This document shows, one piece after another, positions 51,245 to 62,114 of a stretch of 64,000 nucleotides of DNA. Every line of letters begins with the position of its first letter. The first letter of the stretch is position 1. Location: positions 11,376 through 75,375 of the forward strand of contig JAPLDU010000085.1 of NCBI GenBank assembly GCA_026391255.1. The letters run 5' to 3'. Below the pieces are notes generated by a model, which was not told the DNA's origin, did not search any database, and saw nothing but the letters and a program-made list of their open reading frames with translations. Source of the stretch: Bacteroidia bacterium (GTDB lineage Bacteria > Bacteroidota > Bacteroidia > Bacteroidales > JAPLDU01). The translations under genes and the position numbers were made by a program.

Positions 51245-53437
51245 ATGTCACATAAAAAGAAAGACAGAAAATCAAAAACACCGGAAAAGAAGGAGATCCG
51301 TAGCCGGATCATCGGATGTTTCAATGATAATCCGTCAAAAGCATTTAATTACAAAGAGTTATCCAAAAAATTACAGATAGAAGTCCTTTCAGCAAGGCAG
51401 CTCATACCGGGCATTTTGGAAAAACTTGTCACTCTCGGTATCCTGGAAGAAATTTATACCGGAAAGTACCGGCTTAAAAGCAAAGTGGGCTATATTACCG
51501 GGATAATCCAGCTGAACAATCGCGGAGAAGGGACTGTTGCATCCGAAGATATAAAAGAAGATGTTTACATCTCACCATCTAATCTGCACCATGCTCTTCA
51601 CGGCGATAAAGCAAAAATATTCCTTTTTGCAAGGCGAAACAAGAATAACGTGGAAGGTGAAGTAGTGGAAATTATTGAAAGGGCAAAGACGAATTTTGTA
51701 GGTATTGTGGAAATCTCGAAAAATTTTGCCTTCATGGTGGCTGATTCGAGGAATATGCCATATGATATTTTCATACCACTTTCAAAGCTGAACGGGGCTT
51801 CTGATGGTCAGAAAGTGATTGCACAAATTACCGAATGGACAGCCAATGCTAAAAACCCCTTCGGTGAAATTATTGAAGTGCTTGGTAATGCAGGTGAACA
51901 TGAGACCGAAACTCATGCAATTCTTGCTGAATTTGATTTGCCGTACAGGTATCCTGAAGATGCGGAACGTTTTGCAGAAACAATTCCCGAAAAGATCAGC
52001 GAAGAAGAGATCTGTAAACGTCGTGATTTCAGGGAAATCCCGACGTTTACCATCGATCCGCAGGATGCCAAAGACTTTGACGATGCATTATCACTGAAGA
52101 AATTACCCGGTGGAAACTGGGAAGTCGGTGTGCATATAGCCGATGTGACCCATTATGTCCATACTGATGATATTCTCGACAAAGAAGCGCTTAACCGTGC
52201 CACCTCGATCTACCTTGCTGACAGGGTAGTACCCATGTTACCGGAGAAATTATCCAATCATATCTGTTCTCTCAGGCCTCATGAAGAAAAACTTTGCTTT
52301 TCTGCCGTATTTGAAATAAATGACAATACAGAAGTTATCAAAGAATGGTTCGGAAAGACAATTATCAATTCTGACAGGAGGTTTACTTACGAAGAAGCCC
52401 AGGAGATCATCGAAACGGGCAATGGAGAATTATCGGATGAGATTCTTACACTTAACCGGCTTGCCAGGATAATGAGGGATCGCAGGTTTAAAAACGGAGC
52501 AATTTCATTTGAAAGGACGGAAGTTAAATTTCAGCTGAATGAAGATGGTAAACCAACCGGCATATATATCAAGGAAAACAAGGAATCAAACCAGCTTATT
52601 GAAGAATTTATGCTGCTTGCAAATAAACAGGTGGCTGAGAAGATTGGCAAAGTTGACAGGGGAAGGCAGGCAAGAACATTTGTTTACCGCGTACATGATG
52701 TTCCGGATCCTGAAAAAATGAAGGTATTCTCAAAGTTTATCAAACGTTTCGGATATACCATCAACCTCGGAAGTGGAATAGAAACTTCAAAGTCGATCAA
52801 TAGTCTGCTGGATAATGTCCAGGGGAAAAACGAACAGGACCTCATCGAAACCCTGGCTATCCGGTCAATGGCCAAAGCTGTTTATACCACAAAAAACATC
52901 GGCCATTACGGGCTTGGATTTCCTTATTACACTCATTTCACCTCGCCCATCAGGCGATACCCTGATATGATGGTGCACCGCCTGCTTGAAAAATACCTGG
53001 CAAATGGCAAATCAGTCAATGAAAGCAGGTACGAAGCAATGTGCAAGCACAGCTCCGAGATGGAACAACTTGCAGAGAAGGCAGAAAGAGCCTCAATAAA
53101 GTACAAGCAGGTCGAATTCATGCTCGACAAAACGGGTATTTCATTTGCTGGTATCATTTCAGGCGTCACGGAATGGGGACTGTATGTCGAGATCATAGAG
53201 AATAAGATAGAAGGAATGATCCCGATACGTGAACTGGAAGGTGATTTCTTCGTGCTTGATGAGCAGAACTACAGGCTGGTTGGCAAGTTTACCAGGAAAA
53301 AATATCAACTTGGAGATAAATTAGATATAGAAGTTGTAAAATGCAATCTGCCCCGTCGTCAGCTTGATTTCAGGATTTATTCGGACAAATCTGTCAATCC
53401 TTCCGGGAAAAAATGGAACAGGCCGATAAAATATTAA
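51245..53437 (+). CDS. rnr: Ribonuclease R
   Basis: TIDPQDAKDFDDA, HFTSPIRRYPD, S1 domain. Confidence 0.97.
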   Translation: MSHKKKDRKSKTPEKKEIRSRIIGCFNDNPSKAFNYKELSKKLQIEVLSARQLIPGILEKLVTLGILEEIYTGKYRLKSKVGYITGIIQLNNRGEGTVASEDIKEDVYISPSNLHHALHGDKAKIFLFARRNKNNVEGEVVEIIERAKTNFVGIVEISKNFAFMVADSRNMPYDIFIPLSKLNGASDGQKVIAQITEWTANAKNPFGEIIEVLGNAGEHETETHAILAEFDLPYRYPEDAERFAETIPEKISEEEICKRRDFREIPTFTIDPQDAKDFDDALSLKKLPGGNWEVGVHIADVTHYVHTDDILDKEALNRATSIYLADRVVPMLPEKLSNHICSLRPHEEKLCFSAVFEINDNTEVIKEWFGKTIINSDRRFTYEEAQEIIETGNGELSDEILTLNRLARIMRDRRFKNGAISFERTEVKFQLNEDGKPTGIYIKENKESNQLIEEFMLLANKQVAEKIGKVDRGRQARTFVYRVHDVPDPEKMKVFSKFIKRFGYTINLGSGIETSKSINSLLDNVQGKNEQDLIETLAIRSMAKAVYTTKNIGHYGLGFPYYTHFTSPIRRYPDMMVHRLLEKYLANGKSVNESRYEAMCKHSSEMEQLAEKAERASIKYKQVEFMLDKTGISFAGIISGVTEWGLYVEIIENKIEGMIPIRELEGDFFVLDEQNYRLVGKFTRKKYQLGDKLDIEVVKCNLPRRQLDFRIYSDKSVNPSGKKWNRPIKY

Positions 53438-53439
53438 TT

Positions 53440-53601
53440 TGTTCCTGTTCATTATGTTCAATATTTTGAATTCAGAATTTCGATTAACGAATTTCGATTT
53501 TTGATGTTATCTTTAAATCAGAGAATTACACATCCATCATAAATCAAAAATCGTTAATCCTTGTTCGTAAATCATTATCATTGAATTTAAAACAGACTTT
53601 A
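53440..53601. mobile_element. MITE-like family B copy
   Basis: AAATCGTTAATCCTTGTTC core; TTTAAAACAGACTTT end. Confidence 0.65.
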
Positions 53602-53674
53602 ATTACTATTTTTTGTTTCATTCTATCAATACGATTTTTCACTATCTTGGCCCAGGTATACAGGACAAATTAGG

Positions 53675-55144
53675 ATGAATATTTTTAACCTTCTGAATAT
53701 TGATGCTGTTTGGGTATTGATCATCGACATCATACTCCTGGCCATGGTTGCCTTTCCCATTACCATGATCATCCTCGAGAACAGGAACCCTATAAAAACA
53801 CTCGCATGGATGCTCGTACTCCTTCTGCTTCCTTTCATCGGGTTGTTTCTGTATTTCTATTTCGGAAAGAATTACCGTAAGGTAAAAATATTTACCCGAA
53901 AAGAAGTCACGGATGCCGAAAGTTCAAAGGCATCACTCATTGAAATTGAGGTGGATCCTGCCAGTGTGATGGAAATGGAAGATGAAAGGATCAGGAGCAA
54001 GATTCACCTGATGAAACTCCTGGTGAACAACAGTAAATCAATGCTCACAGGAAATAATTCCTTAAAGATCCTGAACTACGGGAAAAAGACTTTTGCTTCC
54101 ATCATCCGCGACATTGAAAATGCAAAACATCATATCCATCTTGAGTTTTATATCATTGAGGATGATCATATCGGTAACACCATCAAAAATCACCTGATCA
54201 AAAAAGCGCGGGAAGGCATCGAAGTCAGAATTATTTATGATGATGTGGGAAGCTGGAGCCTCACAAAGCGGTTTATTGACCAGCTTAATTATGCCGGTGC
54301 ACAGACTTATAGTTTCATGCCGGTGAAAACCTACCGTTTTGCCAACAAACTGAATTACCGCAACCACCGAAAAATTATTGTGATTGACGGAGCAATCGGT
54401 TATGTGGGAGGATTAAATATCGCCGACCGTTATGACCGTGACATGTCTGATCCTTCTTACTGGAGGGACACACACCTGAGAATTGAAGGAGATGCCGTAA
54501 AAAGCCTCCAGTTCATCTTTCTCACCGATTGGTTTTTTATGAGCCGCAAGTTATTGAACGAAAAGGTTTATTTTCCTGTTAATCCAATCAAAGAAAAAAG
54601 ACTGGTACAGATTTCTGCAAGCGGGCCTGACTCTGACTGGGCAAGCATTATGCAGACTTATTTTTCAGCCATTGCCACGGCGTATGAATACGTATATATC
54701 TCAACTCCTTATTTCCTGCCGAATGAAAGTATTCTCACTGCCCTGAAAACAGCCGCCCTGAGCGGCATTGATGTACGTATCATTCTTCCGAAACAGATTG
54801 ATACCGTTCTTGCCAAATGGAGTTCACGTTCATACATCGAGGAATTGCTTGAATCCGGCATCAGGGTGTACTTTTACAAGAAAGGCTTTACACACAGTAA
54901 ACTGCTGATAGTTGATGACGTTTTTACCTCCATTGGCACAGCCAATATGGATGTACGCAGCTTTGACCAGAACTTTGAGGTAAATGCACTGGTCTACGAC
55001 CGCAATATTGCCGAAGAAGTAAAATCATTGTTTTTTGAGGATTTAACAAACAGTGAATTGCTAAGCATCAACGAATATTCAAAACGACCGTTCAGTCAGA
55101 AACTGCGCGAATCGGTGGCAAGGTTGTTCAGCCCGCTTTTGTGA
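53675..55144 (+). CDS. cls: Cardiolipin synthase
   Basis: Two HKD motifs: RNHRKIIVIDG and HSKLLIVDD. Confidence 0.96.
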   Translation: MNIFNLLNIDAVWVLIIDIILLAMVAFPITMIILENRNPIKTLAWMLVLLLLPFIGLFLYFYFGKNYRKVKIFTRKEVTDAESSKASLIEIEVDPASVMEMEDERIRSKIHLMKLLVNNSKSMLTGNNSLKILNYGKKTFASIIRDIENAKHHIHLEFYIIEDDHIGNTIKNHLIKKAREGIEVRIIYDDVGSWSLTKRFIDQLNYAGAQTYSFMPVKTYRFANKLNYRNHRKIIVIDGAIGYVGGLNIADRYDRDMSDPSYWRDTHLRIEGDAVKSLQFIFLTDWFFMSRKLLNEKVYFPVNPIKEKRLVQISASGPDSDWASIMQTYFSAIATAYEYVYISTPYFLPNESILTALKTAALSGIDVRIILPKQIDTVLAKWSSRSYIEELLESGIRVYFYKKGFTHSKLLIVDDVFTSIGTANMDVRSFDQNFEVNALVYDRNIAEEVKSLFFEDLTNSELLSINEYSKRPFSQKLRESVARLFSPLL

Positions 55145-55147
55145 TAA

Positions 55148-55661
55148 TCAGAATTTGTCCATAAGGCCCGATATTAGGAATCTGTTTTAAATTTTTACCA
55201 GATAATTTTCAGCATTTTTTCTTCTTACTTTTTGTCGTCACAAATAGTAAGCAAAAAAGACTTAACGTCCGCCACGGCGTTCGCCAAAGGCGTAGAACTC
55301 GTTCCGTCTCGGTCTTCGGCAAGCTCAGACACCATCCTCGACTTCACTCACACAGCAATTCGTTGATCAGGAATTTTTTATTTTATGCTTCGCACGCATT
55401 TATTTTGAAAATATTTAAAAAAATGACTTTCCCCATATTCTTTTTACAAAAATTTAACCACGAAAGCCCTGTGCGTTAGCCGTCCATGAACTTTGCGATT
55501 TAGATATTAGAAGATATTATTATATCAAATGATCACGCGTACTTCTTAAATCTAAAATCGTTAACTTAGCGAAGCAGTCTCACGAACACCTAAAAATAAA
55601 AAAATGTTTGTGAGTTATCCTTGTTCTTAAATCAAAAAAGTATGATTTAAAGACAAACCTG
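55148..55661. mobile_element. Nested repeat: family B shell containing an inverted partial family A copy (55177-55491)
   Basis: TTTGTCCATAA left end, family A segment, then family B core and TTTAAAGACAAAC right end. Confidence 0.7.
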
Positions 55662-55696
55662 ATTATATTAAACTAAAATTATATTAAATCGAAATT

Positions 55697-55858
55697 AATC
55701 TATTACATAAATCTTGATTATTCCACTAAATATCACTCGATTGTATTCGTAATTCGTAATTCTAAAATTAATATAATCTATTACATAAATCTTGATTATT
55801 CCACTAAATATCACTCGATTGTATTCGTAATTCGTAATTCGTAATTCTAAAATTAATA
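55697..55858 (+). repeat. About 78-bp tandem duplication with TTCGTAA heptamers
   Basis: Two copies differing by one heptamer; related sequence at about 39610-39700. Confidence 0.85.
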
Positions 55859-55875
55859 AAATTACAGGGATACCC

Positions 55876-58218
55876 TTATCTATCCGGCTTTATCCACTGG
55901 TTATTAATGAACAGGCATGAATCGGGAACCGCCGTGAGCCTGTATACGTCATTATTCGCCTCACGGATCAGGAGATCGTCAATGATAAATGAGGTTTTAA
56001 GTGCGTCATCCCCTTTAATGACAACCGACACAAGGTCAGACGGATTCTCTACTTTGAAATTCATCTCAAGCAATGTCCAGTCACCGTTAATTACCTGGCT
56101 GTATGCAGGATTGCCAATATTGGTCCATTTCTCAGTCTTTCCGTTGGTCTCAATAATGATGGTCATCAGGTTGAACCTGTCCTGCCCGTAGTTATCGCCG
56201 TTATTGTAAATCCAGTAACTCAACGAATATGACTTTGTGGGGTCAAAAGTGCCGGAGACAAAAGAGGCAAGTTTTGTATAGTCACGGAGATATCCTTTTG
56301 CAGCGCCTGTCTCGCCGTACCAGGTCTCCGATGGCATGGAATGAAAGTCATCAAAATAAATGAAAGAGGTTGTGTCGCTGACCTGAAAGCCATTCTTTCC
56401 TTCAAGGGCCGTAAGTTTCTTTTTGAATTCCTGCAACTCACGGGTAGAAGTATTCTCAAACAGTTCGGAACGGCTGATGGAATAAGCTGAAAAATCAATG
56501 GTAGCAAGAAGCAGATGGCTACGTTTCAGAATATCATTTTCATATCCGGTAAGTTCTTCATTACTGCAAATGACAAGGAATGGCCTGTCATCTGTCATGT
56601 CAGCTTCAATTGTTTTTTTATAAAAACCCGGCGACATCAGTTGAACACATTTCCTAGCTTCAGGAATTGAAGTATGGGCCAGGTAACTGCCAACCAGCGG
56701 CTTGTGCAAACGGTACGAAGCCAGCACACTCCATTTTAGGATTTTATCCGTGCCTTTCTGTTCAAAGTTCTCTGATCCTTTGTGGTAATAAGGAAGGGGA
56801 ATGATCGCCTGGTACTTTTCAATGCCAGGTATGTCCGATAAACGGCTGATCTCTGAATTTTCAATTGGATTAAACAGGTTTTTGATTCTTAATGCTCGTT
56901 CTGCAATACTCTGGTGGTAAGGGATTCCTTCGCAGAGATATGTGAGTGGGAGTAAACAGATGATCAAAGCCGGTATCTTCCATTTTCCGGAAATGAAATA
57001 TTCCCGTGCCTGGTTCAGCTTGTAGACTGACCAAATGGTAATTGCATAAAACAGTATCCAGGTAAAACGGCCGGAAGCCCTGAACTGTTTAATAAAAGGA
57101 AACCAGTTAAGTAAAAAACCCATGTTCAGCCGGAAAGGAAACCCCATGGAAAATAAAAAGAAAATGATTCCCGTGATCATTAGCGAAGTCAGGATCAGTG
57201 GCCTGTTCTTCCATCCGTGGAAACTGTAAATACCTTTGCCGATTACACGGCAGATATAAATAAACCATGAAACCAGGATAACTGCCAGCGATAACACTCC
57301 GATATAGGCATATCCTTCATATTTAAAATTATCGTAAGGAATTACGGATGATATGATTTTCTGCTCCATGGCGCTGTTTGGAAGGAATACAGACTTCAGG
57401 TCGGCATTATAAACCAGGAAACCATAGGGATTGGTAGTTCTTCCGGTATGATGGTCGGTTAAGGTAACCAGTAGTTTGAAAGCAAGCAAAGGCAAGGCCA
57501 CGCTGATAAACAGTTTTGTATAATTGATCAGGCTCATTCTTAAATCCCTGAACTGCAGGATATAGGTGATCAGCCAATGGAACAACACCAATATTACCGA
57601 GATAATTCCCAGGTATGGATGAACACAAAACCAGCAAAAACAAATGATAAAGAAGACGAAAGAAAGTAGTAATTTCCTTCCTGACGATTCTGCAACGATG
57701 ATCAGATATATGGTCAGAGGGATAAAAAAGCTGAAAGCCAATGAAAAATGTCCGCCCATCCTTTGAACCTGTGGTGCCAGGAATGATATGCACAAAGAAG
57801 CAATAACAGCTAACAAATAATTAATTTTCAGCCTATTAAATATAAGAAATAAAAAGCAGGACGAAACAAGTACTGACAGCAACATCAGCATATTGGTGAT
57901 TCCCACCGGGTGATCCGCAACAGTGGGAAAAACTTTTCCTGTCAGCCGGGCAATTGAGGCAAACAGAGGCATATTTACCGAATAGAAAATACTCTCTCCA
58001 TAAGGATAATTCATACCGTCGAACTGGAAAAAATCCTTGTCGTACCTGGCATGCCAGCCAAAATTATAATAGCTGCTGATACCATCTCCGGTATCACTGA
58101 AAAGATATTTATCAGGATGAAAAACCAGGTCACCGTATAATATTGTCAGGATGATAAATGAAATCGCCACTGTCAATATCACTAACAGGCCGGTACTTTT
58201 GAATTTCCCTGTTTTCAT
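55876..58218 (-). CDS. Polytopic membrane protein (GT-C/YfhO-like)
   Basis: GDG..Y, YPYGE, EGYAYIG, QFRASGRF motifs; many TM helices. Confidence 0.7.
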   Translation of the reverse strand: MKTGKFKSTGLLVILTVAISFIILTILYGDLVFHPDKYLFSDTGDGISSYYNFGWHARYDKDFFQFDGMNYPYGESIFYSVNMPLFASIARLTGKVFPTVADHPVGITNMLMLLSVLVSSCFLFLIFNRLKINYLLAVIASLCISFLAPQVQRMGGHFSLAFSFFIPLTIYLIIVAESSGRKLLLSFVFFIICFCWFCVHPYLGIISVILVLFHWLITYILQFRDLRMSLINYTKLFISVALPLLAFKLLVTLTDHHTGRTTNPYGFLVYNADLKSVFLPNSAMEQKIISSVIPYDNFKYEGYAYIGVLSLAVILVSWFIYICRVIGKGIYSFHGWKNRPLILTSLMITGIIFFLFSMGFPFRLNMGFLLNWFPFIKQFRASGRFTWILFYAITIWSVYKLNQAREYFISGKWKIPALIICLLPLTYLCEGIPYHQSIAERALRIKNLFNPIENSEISRLSDIPGIEKYQAIIPLPYYHKGSENFEQKGTDKILKWSVLASYRLHKPLVGSYLAHTSIPEARKCVQLMSPGFYKKTIEADMTDDRPFLVICSNEELTGYENDILKRSHLLLATIDFSAYSISRSELFENTSTRELQEFKKKLTALEGKNGFQVSDTTSFIYFDDFHSMPSETWYGETGAAKGYLRDYTKLASFVSGTFDPTKSYSLSYWIYNNGDNYGQDRFNLMTIIIETNGKTEKWTNIGNPAYSQVINGDWTLLEMNFKVENPSDLVSVVIKGDDALKTSFIIDDLLIREANNDVYRLTAVPDSCLFINNQWIKPDR

Positions 58219-58308
58219 ATCATATTCCCACGGGAAGGTCTGGTTCCCTGTAAAATAATTATATGAGGTTTTTTGTGGCTAATATTTTTGAATATTAAAA
58301 TTCAGTAT

Positions 58309-58554
58309 CATTATTGTCCGTTAAATTTTTATGTCGTCACCAGGTGACTTAAATACCACAATTTATTTCTTTCTACAAAGATCTCATCCCTACGGGATTA
58401 AAGTTGTTATGTATCAGATAAACCCCGTCAGGGGTGAAATCTTTGTAGAAAAGTATTCCTGACAACAATAAGCCCTGTAGGGGCGAAATCTTTTGAAAAC
58501 TCATACATTCGAGGGATTTAAGATGCTTTATTATGTTTTCTCTGAACATCGGTG
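58309..58554. mobile_element. MITE-like family D copy 2
   Basis: Colinear with 35682-35927; right TIR decayed. Confidence 0.8.
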
Positions 58555-58594
58555 ATTCCGTACAGTACAAATAAACGAAATTATATGAACCTCA

Positions 58595-59467
58595 TCAATC
58601 AGTTATAATTGAGATATTCTTCATCTCTTTATTATTGTAATATATTCCACCAAGAGAAACCATGGCAGTGATTAGGTAAAAGAGCAAACCAGCCAGAACG
58701 CCGACGTTTACATCAAGATGCAATAAAATTGTCCCGCCTAAAAATGTGATCTCCCTGGCGCCTGCCCCTCCAATGGTAACCGGAATGGTCGCCGCTACAG
58801 ATGAAATCAGGAAAATAAAAAGATACTCCGGGTAATGGTCATTCAGTCCTGTTGAGTTTAGAATCAGAACGGCACAGGCCAGTTGAGAAGCCTGAATCAC
58901 CAGGGATAGCATATTGGTACGAAGAAGAATATTCTGGTAAGTCCTGAAATAATAACGAATAAACAGGTAAAACAACACATATGAGAGGGGAATGACAAAC
59001 CAGAAATAATTGAATCCGACATTGTTAGGATTAAATAAACAGAAAAAGAAAACAGCCAGGTTCAGTAAGGCGAGAAGCCCGCTAAGACGGTCAATGCGAG
59101 CAGCACGGGTAAACTCTTTCATACTGATACCAGCGTGTTTATTCAGAAAATATAATTTATAACTATCTCCGCCTTTTCCACCCGGAAGAAACAGGTCGTG
59201 GTACATTCCGAGAATATACAGTTTGGTGTTACTGGCATCGCTGATTTTAACCCCCGTTGTACTGAGAAAATGATTAAGCCGAATAGCCGATGTCCATTTG
59301 GAAAGAATGAACAGTCCGATGGCCGGAAGAAGCACGAGAGGGTGGGATTTAATCAGCACATTCCAAAAAACGGTAATATCAATCGTTTGATAAACAAATA
59401 CCAGGAGGGTAGCGGAAATACCCAGTTTCAGAAATAGTCTCAGCCGGTTTTTAGACTTTGGATTCAC
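58595..59467 (-). CDS. LPG-synthase TM / flippase-like (UPF0104) protein
   Basis: LFLPGG.GGD, DRLSGL, P.TIGGAGARE. Confidence 0.88.
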   Translation of the reverse strand: MNPKSKNRLRLFLKLGISATLLVFVYQTIDITVFWNVLIKSHPLVLLPAIGLFILSKWTSAIRLNHFLSTTGVKISDASNTKLYILGMYHDLFLPGGKGGDSYKLYFLNKHAGISMKEFTRAARIDRLSGLLALLNLAVFFFCLFNPNNVGFNYFWFVIPLSYVLFYLFIRYYFRTYQNILLRTNMLSLVIQASQLACAVLILNSTGLNDHYPEYLFIFLISSVAATIPVTIGGAGAREITFLGGTILLHLDVNVGVLAGLLFYLITAMVSLGGIYYNNKEMKNISIITD

Positions 59468-59496
59468 CTTAATTTAATAAAACAAAGTAAGAAATT

Positions 59497-59734
59497 ATAA
59501 CTGTTTTAAAACCGTATAAATTATCTTATGTGTTTGATTATTATTGTATTAATTTGTTTTTCATACCCTCCCTTTTTTCCCCTCCCTGCTGGCAGGGAGG
59601 GGATTGTTCGCTATGTTATATGCCAGAAATTCGCAGGGATCAGTTCCCCTCCTTGCTCGCAGGGAGGGGTTAGGGGCGGGTAAAAAAAGCACATATCAAA
59701 AAATTGAAATATTAATAAATTCAAAACAGTCTCT
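59497..59734. mobile_element. Element with family A-type termini but different palindromic cargo
   Basis: AACTGTTTTAAAA ... TTCAAAACAGTCTC; cargo CCCCTCCCTGCTGGCAGGGAGGGG plus a second similar hairpin. Confidence 0.65.
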
Positions 59735-59746
59735 TTAAACAGCTTA

Positions 59747-61159
59747 TCAGCCATTATTATCATCATCCTCCAGTAGACGGTATATTCCATGCGGAAGGCT
59801 GAAATAACGTTTACTTAATTCATCTGAATTGGACTTCAGGTCAAATATCACTTTCAGAAAAAGATTTTCCTGGTTCAGGTCAATTTCGTCAAGCTCGTTA
59901 TTATTCACAATATAAATTGTACGGGCGTCATCCGGTGAATCAAGGGAGCTGATGATAAGCGTTTCGATAGAGAATGCCCATGGTACCATCACATCCTCCA
60001 TTTTTACCTTGCTCTTGGGAATCAGGAACTTTCTTTCATCAAAACGCTTTGTACTTTCTACCAGGTTTTTTATATAGGAAATACGTTCATGGTAAACCTT
60101 ACCGATATTGTAAATATGTATAAAACTGACTGTTGCAATAATAATCAAAAATGATGTTTTCAGCCAGGCATTGAATTTTGCATTATAGATCAATTCATGA
60201 ATAAAGGGCAGCAGAATAAAATAATTGACTGTCATGAAGTCTTTTTCCATCATAATATTTGCATCACCCTGCCTGAATACAAAACAGGTTATGAGAAGAA
60301 ACAGCATGACAGATATGATGATCAGAGCTGCTTCAGCGATTTTCTTTTTAATGATCAGCCAAATTAATAATATTACGAGAATAATCTGTGGCATCAGGTA
60401 GATTGACCAGAGACGGCTGACAACCCATTGAGTACTGTAATACTGAAAGAACCCATGCAGGTTGTGGTACAGAGCGGAAATCTCCATAAGATGGCTTTTT
60501 TCATTGGAATCAGCTGCATACAGGATATTCTTAAGGAAATATAAAATCACAATAAGTAACAGCAGTGCATAATACCTGAATTGCCGAAAATATTTTTTAT
60601 TGCACATATGGTACATTACAATAAAAAATACAGCAAAAAGAGTGACCGGATGGCTGTAAACACTTAGGCAGATAATGAGAAAAGACGGGAGAAAAAACAG
60701 GACAGCCGGGTATTTTATATTCTTTAAATTATCGTAAAAATTCAGCCAGGCATAGAGTAATGTAGAAAAGACAAGACCCAGATGGGTTTCAGTTACCGGG
60801 TTATAAAAATTTTCCCACACCCCGATGATCAGGATCAGTGCGATAATCAACCCGGCGCCATCGCTTTTGAGCACATAAACGGCAATATTAAACAGCAGGT
60901 AGTATATCAGGATAATTGAGACGGAATAAAGCATTACCACGGTTTTCAGCGAAAAGTGAAGCTTGATGGCCAGAACAGGCAACAATTGCAGCAACACCAT
61001 GGTATCTCTTCCATGTTCGACAGACAGCCCGGCTGTATTCAGCATTCTAAAAATATAATAGGCAGTATCGGCATATACCATGCGTTCGAGGTAAAAGAAC
61101 GCAGAAAAAATCAACATTATCAGGAAAATAACATGTCCGGTAATCCGATAGATTTTCAA
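59747..61159 (-). CDS. Polytopic membrane protein (GT-C-like hypothetical)
   Basis: Many TM helices; likely TTG start at 61159 just after the atpG stop. Confidence 0.65.
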   Translation of the reverse strand: MKIYRITGHVIFLIMLIFSAFFYLERMVYADTAYYIFRMLNTAGLSVEHGRDTMVLLQLLPVLAIKLHFSLKTVVMLYSVSIILIYYLLFNIAVYVLKSDGAGLIIALILIIGVWENFYNPVTETHLGLVFSTLLYAWLNFYDNLKNIKYPAVLFFLPSFLIICLSVYSHPVTLFAVFFIVMYHMCNKKYFRQFRYYALLLLIVILYFLKNILYAADSNEKSHLMEISALYHNLHGFFQYYSTQWVVSRLWSIYLMPQIILVILLIWLIIKKKIAEAALIIISVMLFLLITCFVFRQGDANIMMEKDFMTVNYFILLPFIHELIYNAKFNAWLKTSFLIIIATVSFIHIYNIGKVYHERISYIKNLVESTKRFDERKFLIPKSKVKMEDVMVPWAFSIETLIISSLDSPDDARTIYIVNNNELDEIDLNQENLFLKVIFDLKSNSDELSKRYFSLPHGIYRLLEDDDNNG

Positions 61160-61166
61160 TGAAGTA

Positions 61167-62045
61167 TTATTTTTTCTGAGCTTCAGCTCCGCCCACGATC
61201 TCGAGAATTTCATTTGTAATTGAAGACTGGCGGGCTTTATTGTAATTCAGCCTCAGGTCATGTAATAACTCTGTTGCATTATCGGTAGCCTTGTGCATTG
61301 CAGTCATACGTGCGCCATGTTCGGCAGCATTTGAGTCAAGCAGAGCCTTGTAAAACTGGATTCTCAATGATTGAGGGATCAGTTCACGCACAATATTCTC
61401 TTTGGATGGTTCGAATATATAATCATGTTTGAGCCTGGTTATATTATCTTTTTTCAGTTCAACAGGCAGAAATGTTTCAGTTGTGAGTAGCTGTACAGCA
61501 GCATTTTTAAACTGGTTATATACCAGCTCGATCCTGTCGTACTCACCACTCAGGAACTTTGCAGTTAATAAGTCAGCCAGTGTCACTATTTCTTCATAAT
61601 CCAGTTTATCGAGGATAGTATGGTAATCATATGTCACATCGATTTTTTTGAATCTAAGTAAATCACTTGCTTTTTTCCCGATGGTCAGGAAATCAACCCT
61701 ATTATTTTTGAATAGTTCAGGGTATTTAACTGAGGCCAGACTGAGTGCTTTTCTGATGGCATTTGAATTGAAGGCTCCGCACAATCCACGGTTTGAAGTG
61801 ATCAGCACTATCAGAACCCGGTTGATCCCGCTCCTGCGTGAATAGTGATTATCATCAGGTGAATCGAGGCTTCCGGCAAGGTTGATGAGTATCTCGTGTA
61901 ATTTATTGGCATAAGGACGCATCTGAAGAATAATGTCCTGAGCTTTGCGCAGCTTGGAAGCAGAAACCAGTTTCATAGCGCTGGTGATCTGTCTGGTCGA
62001 ATTCACCGACGAAATCCTGGTACGTATTTCTTTCAGATTGGCCAT
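61167..62045 (-). CDS. atpG: ATP synthase F1 gamma subunit
   Basis: MANLKEIRTRI, GLCGAFN, ARMTAM..AT.NA, RQSSITNEILEIVGG. Confidence 0.99.
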   Translation of the reverse strand: MANLKEIRTRISSVNSTRQITSAMKLVSASKLRKAQDIILQMRPYANKLHEILINLAGSLDSPDDNHYSRRSGINRVLIVLITSNRGLCGAFNSNAIRKALSLASVKYPELFKNNRVDFLTIGKKASDLLRFKKIDVTYDYHTILDKLDYEEIVTLADLLTAKFLSGEYDRIELVYNQFKNAAVQLLTTETFLPVELKKDNITRLKHDYIFEPSKENIVRELIPQSLRIQFYKALLDSNAAEHGARMTAMHKATDNATELLHDLRLNYNKARQSSITNEILEIVGGAEAQKK

Positions 62046-62060
62046 TTGTCAAAAGAGCGT

Positions 62061-62110
62061 TGAATTATGAGTGATGAGTGATGACTTACGACTTACGACT
62101 TACGACTAAT
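62061..62110. repeat. Heptamer ladder between atpA and atpG
   Basis: TGAATTATGAGTGATGAGTGATGACTTACGACTTACGACTTACGACT; same ladder as 7296-7402. Confidence 0.75.
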
Positions 62111-62114
62111 TTCC

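Noticed and set aside
61160-61213. 47-nt overlap of the membrane-protein ORF with atpG
   Set aside because: A TTG at 61159 just after the atpG stop is a more plausible start.
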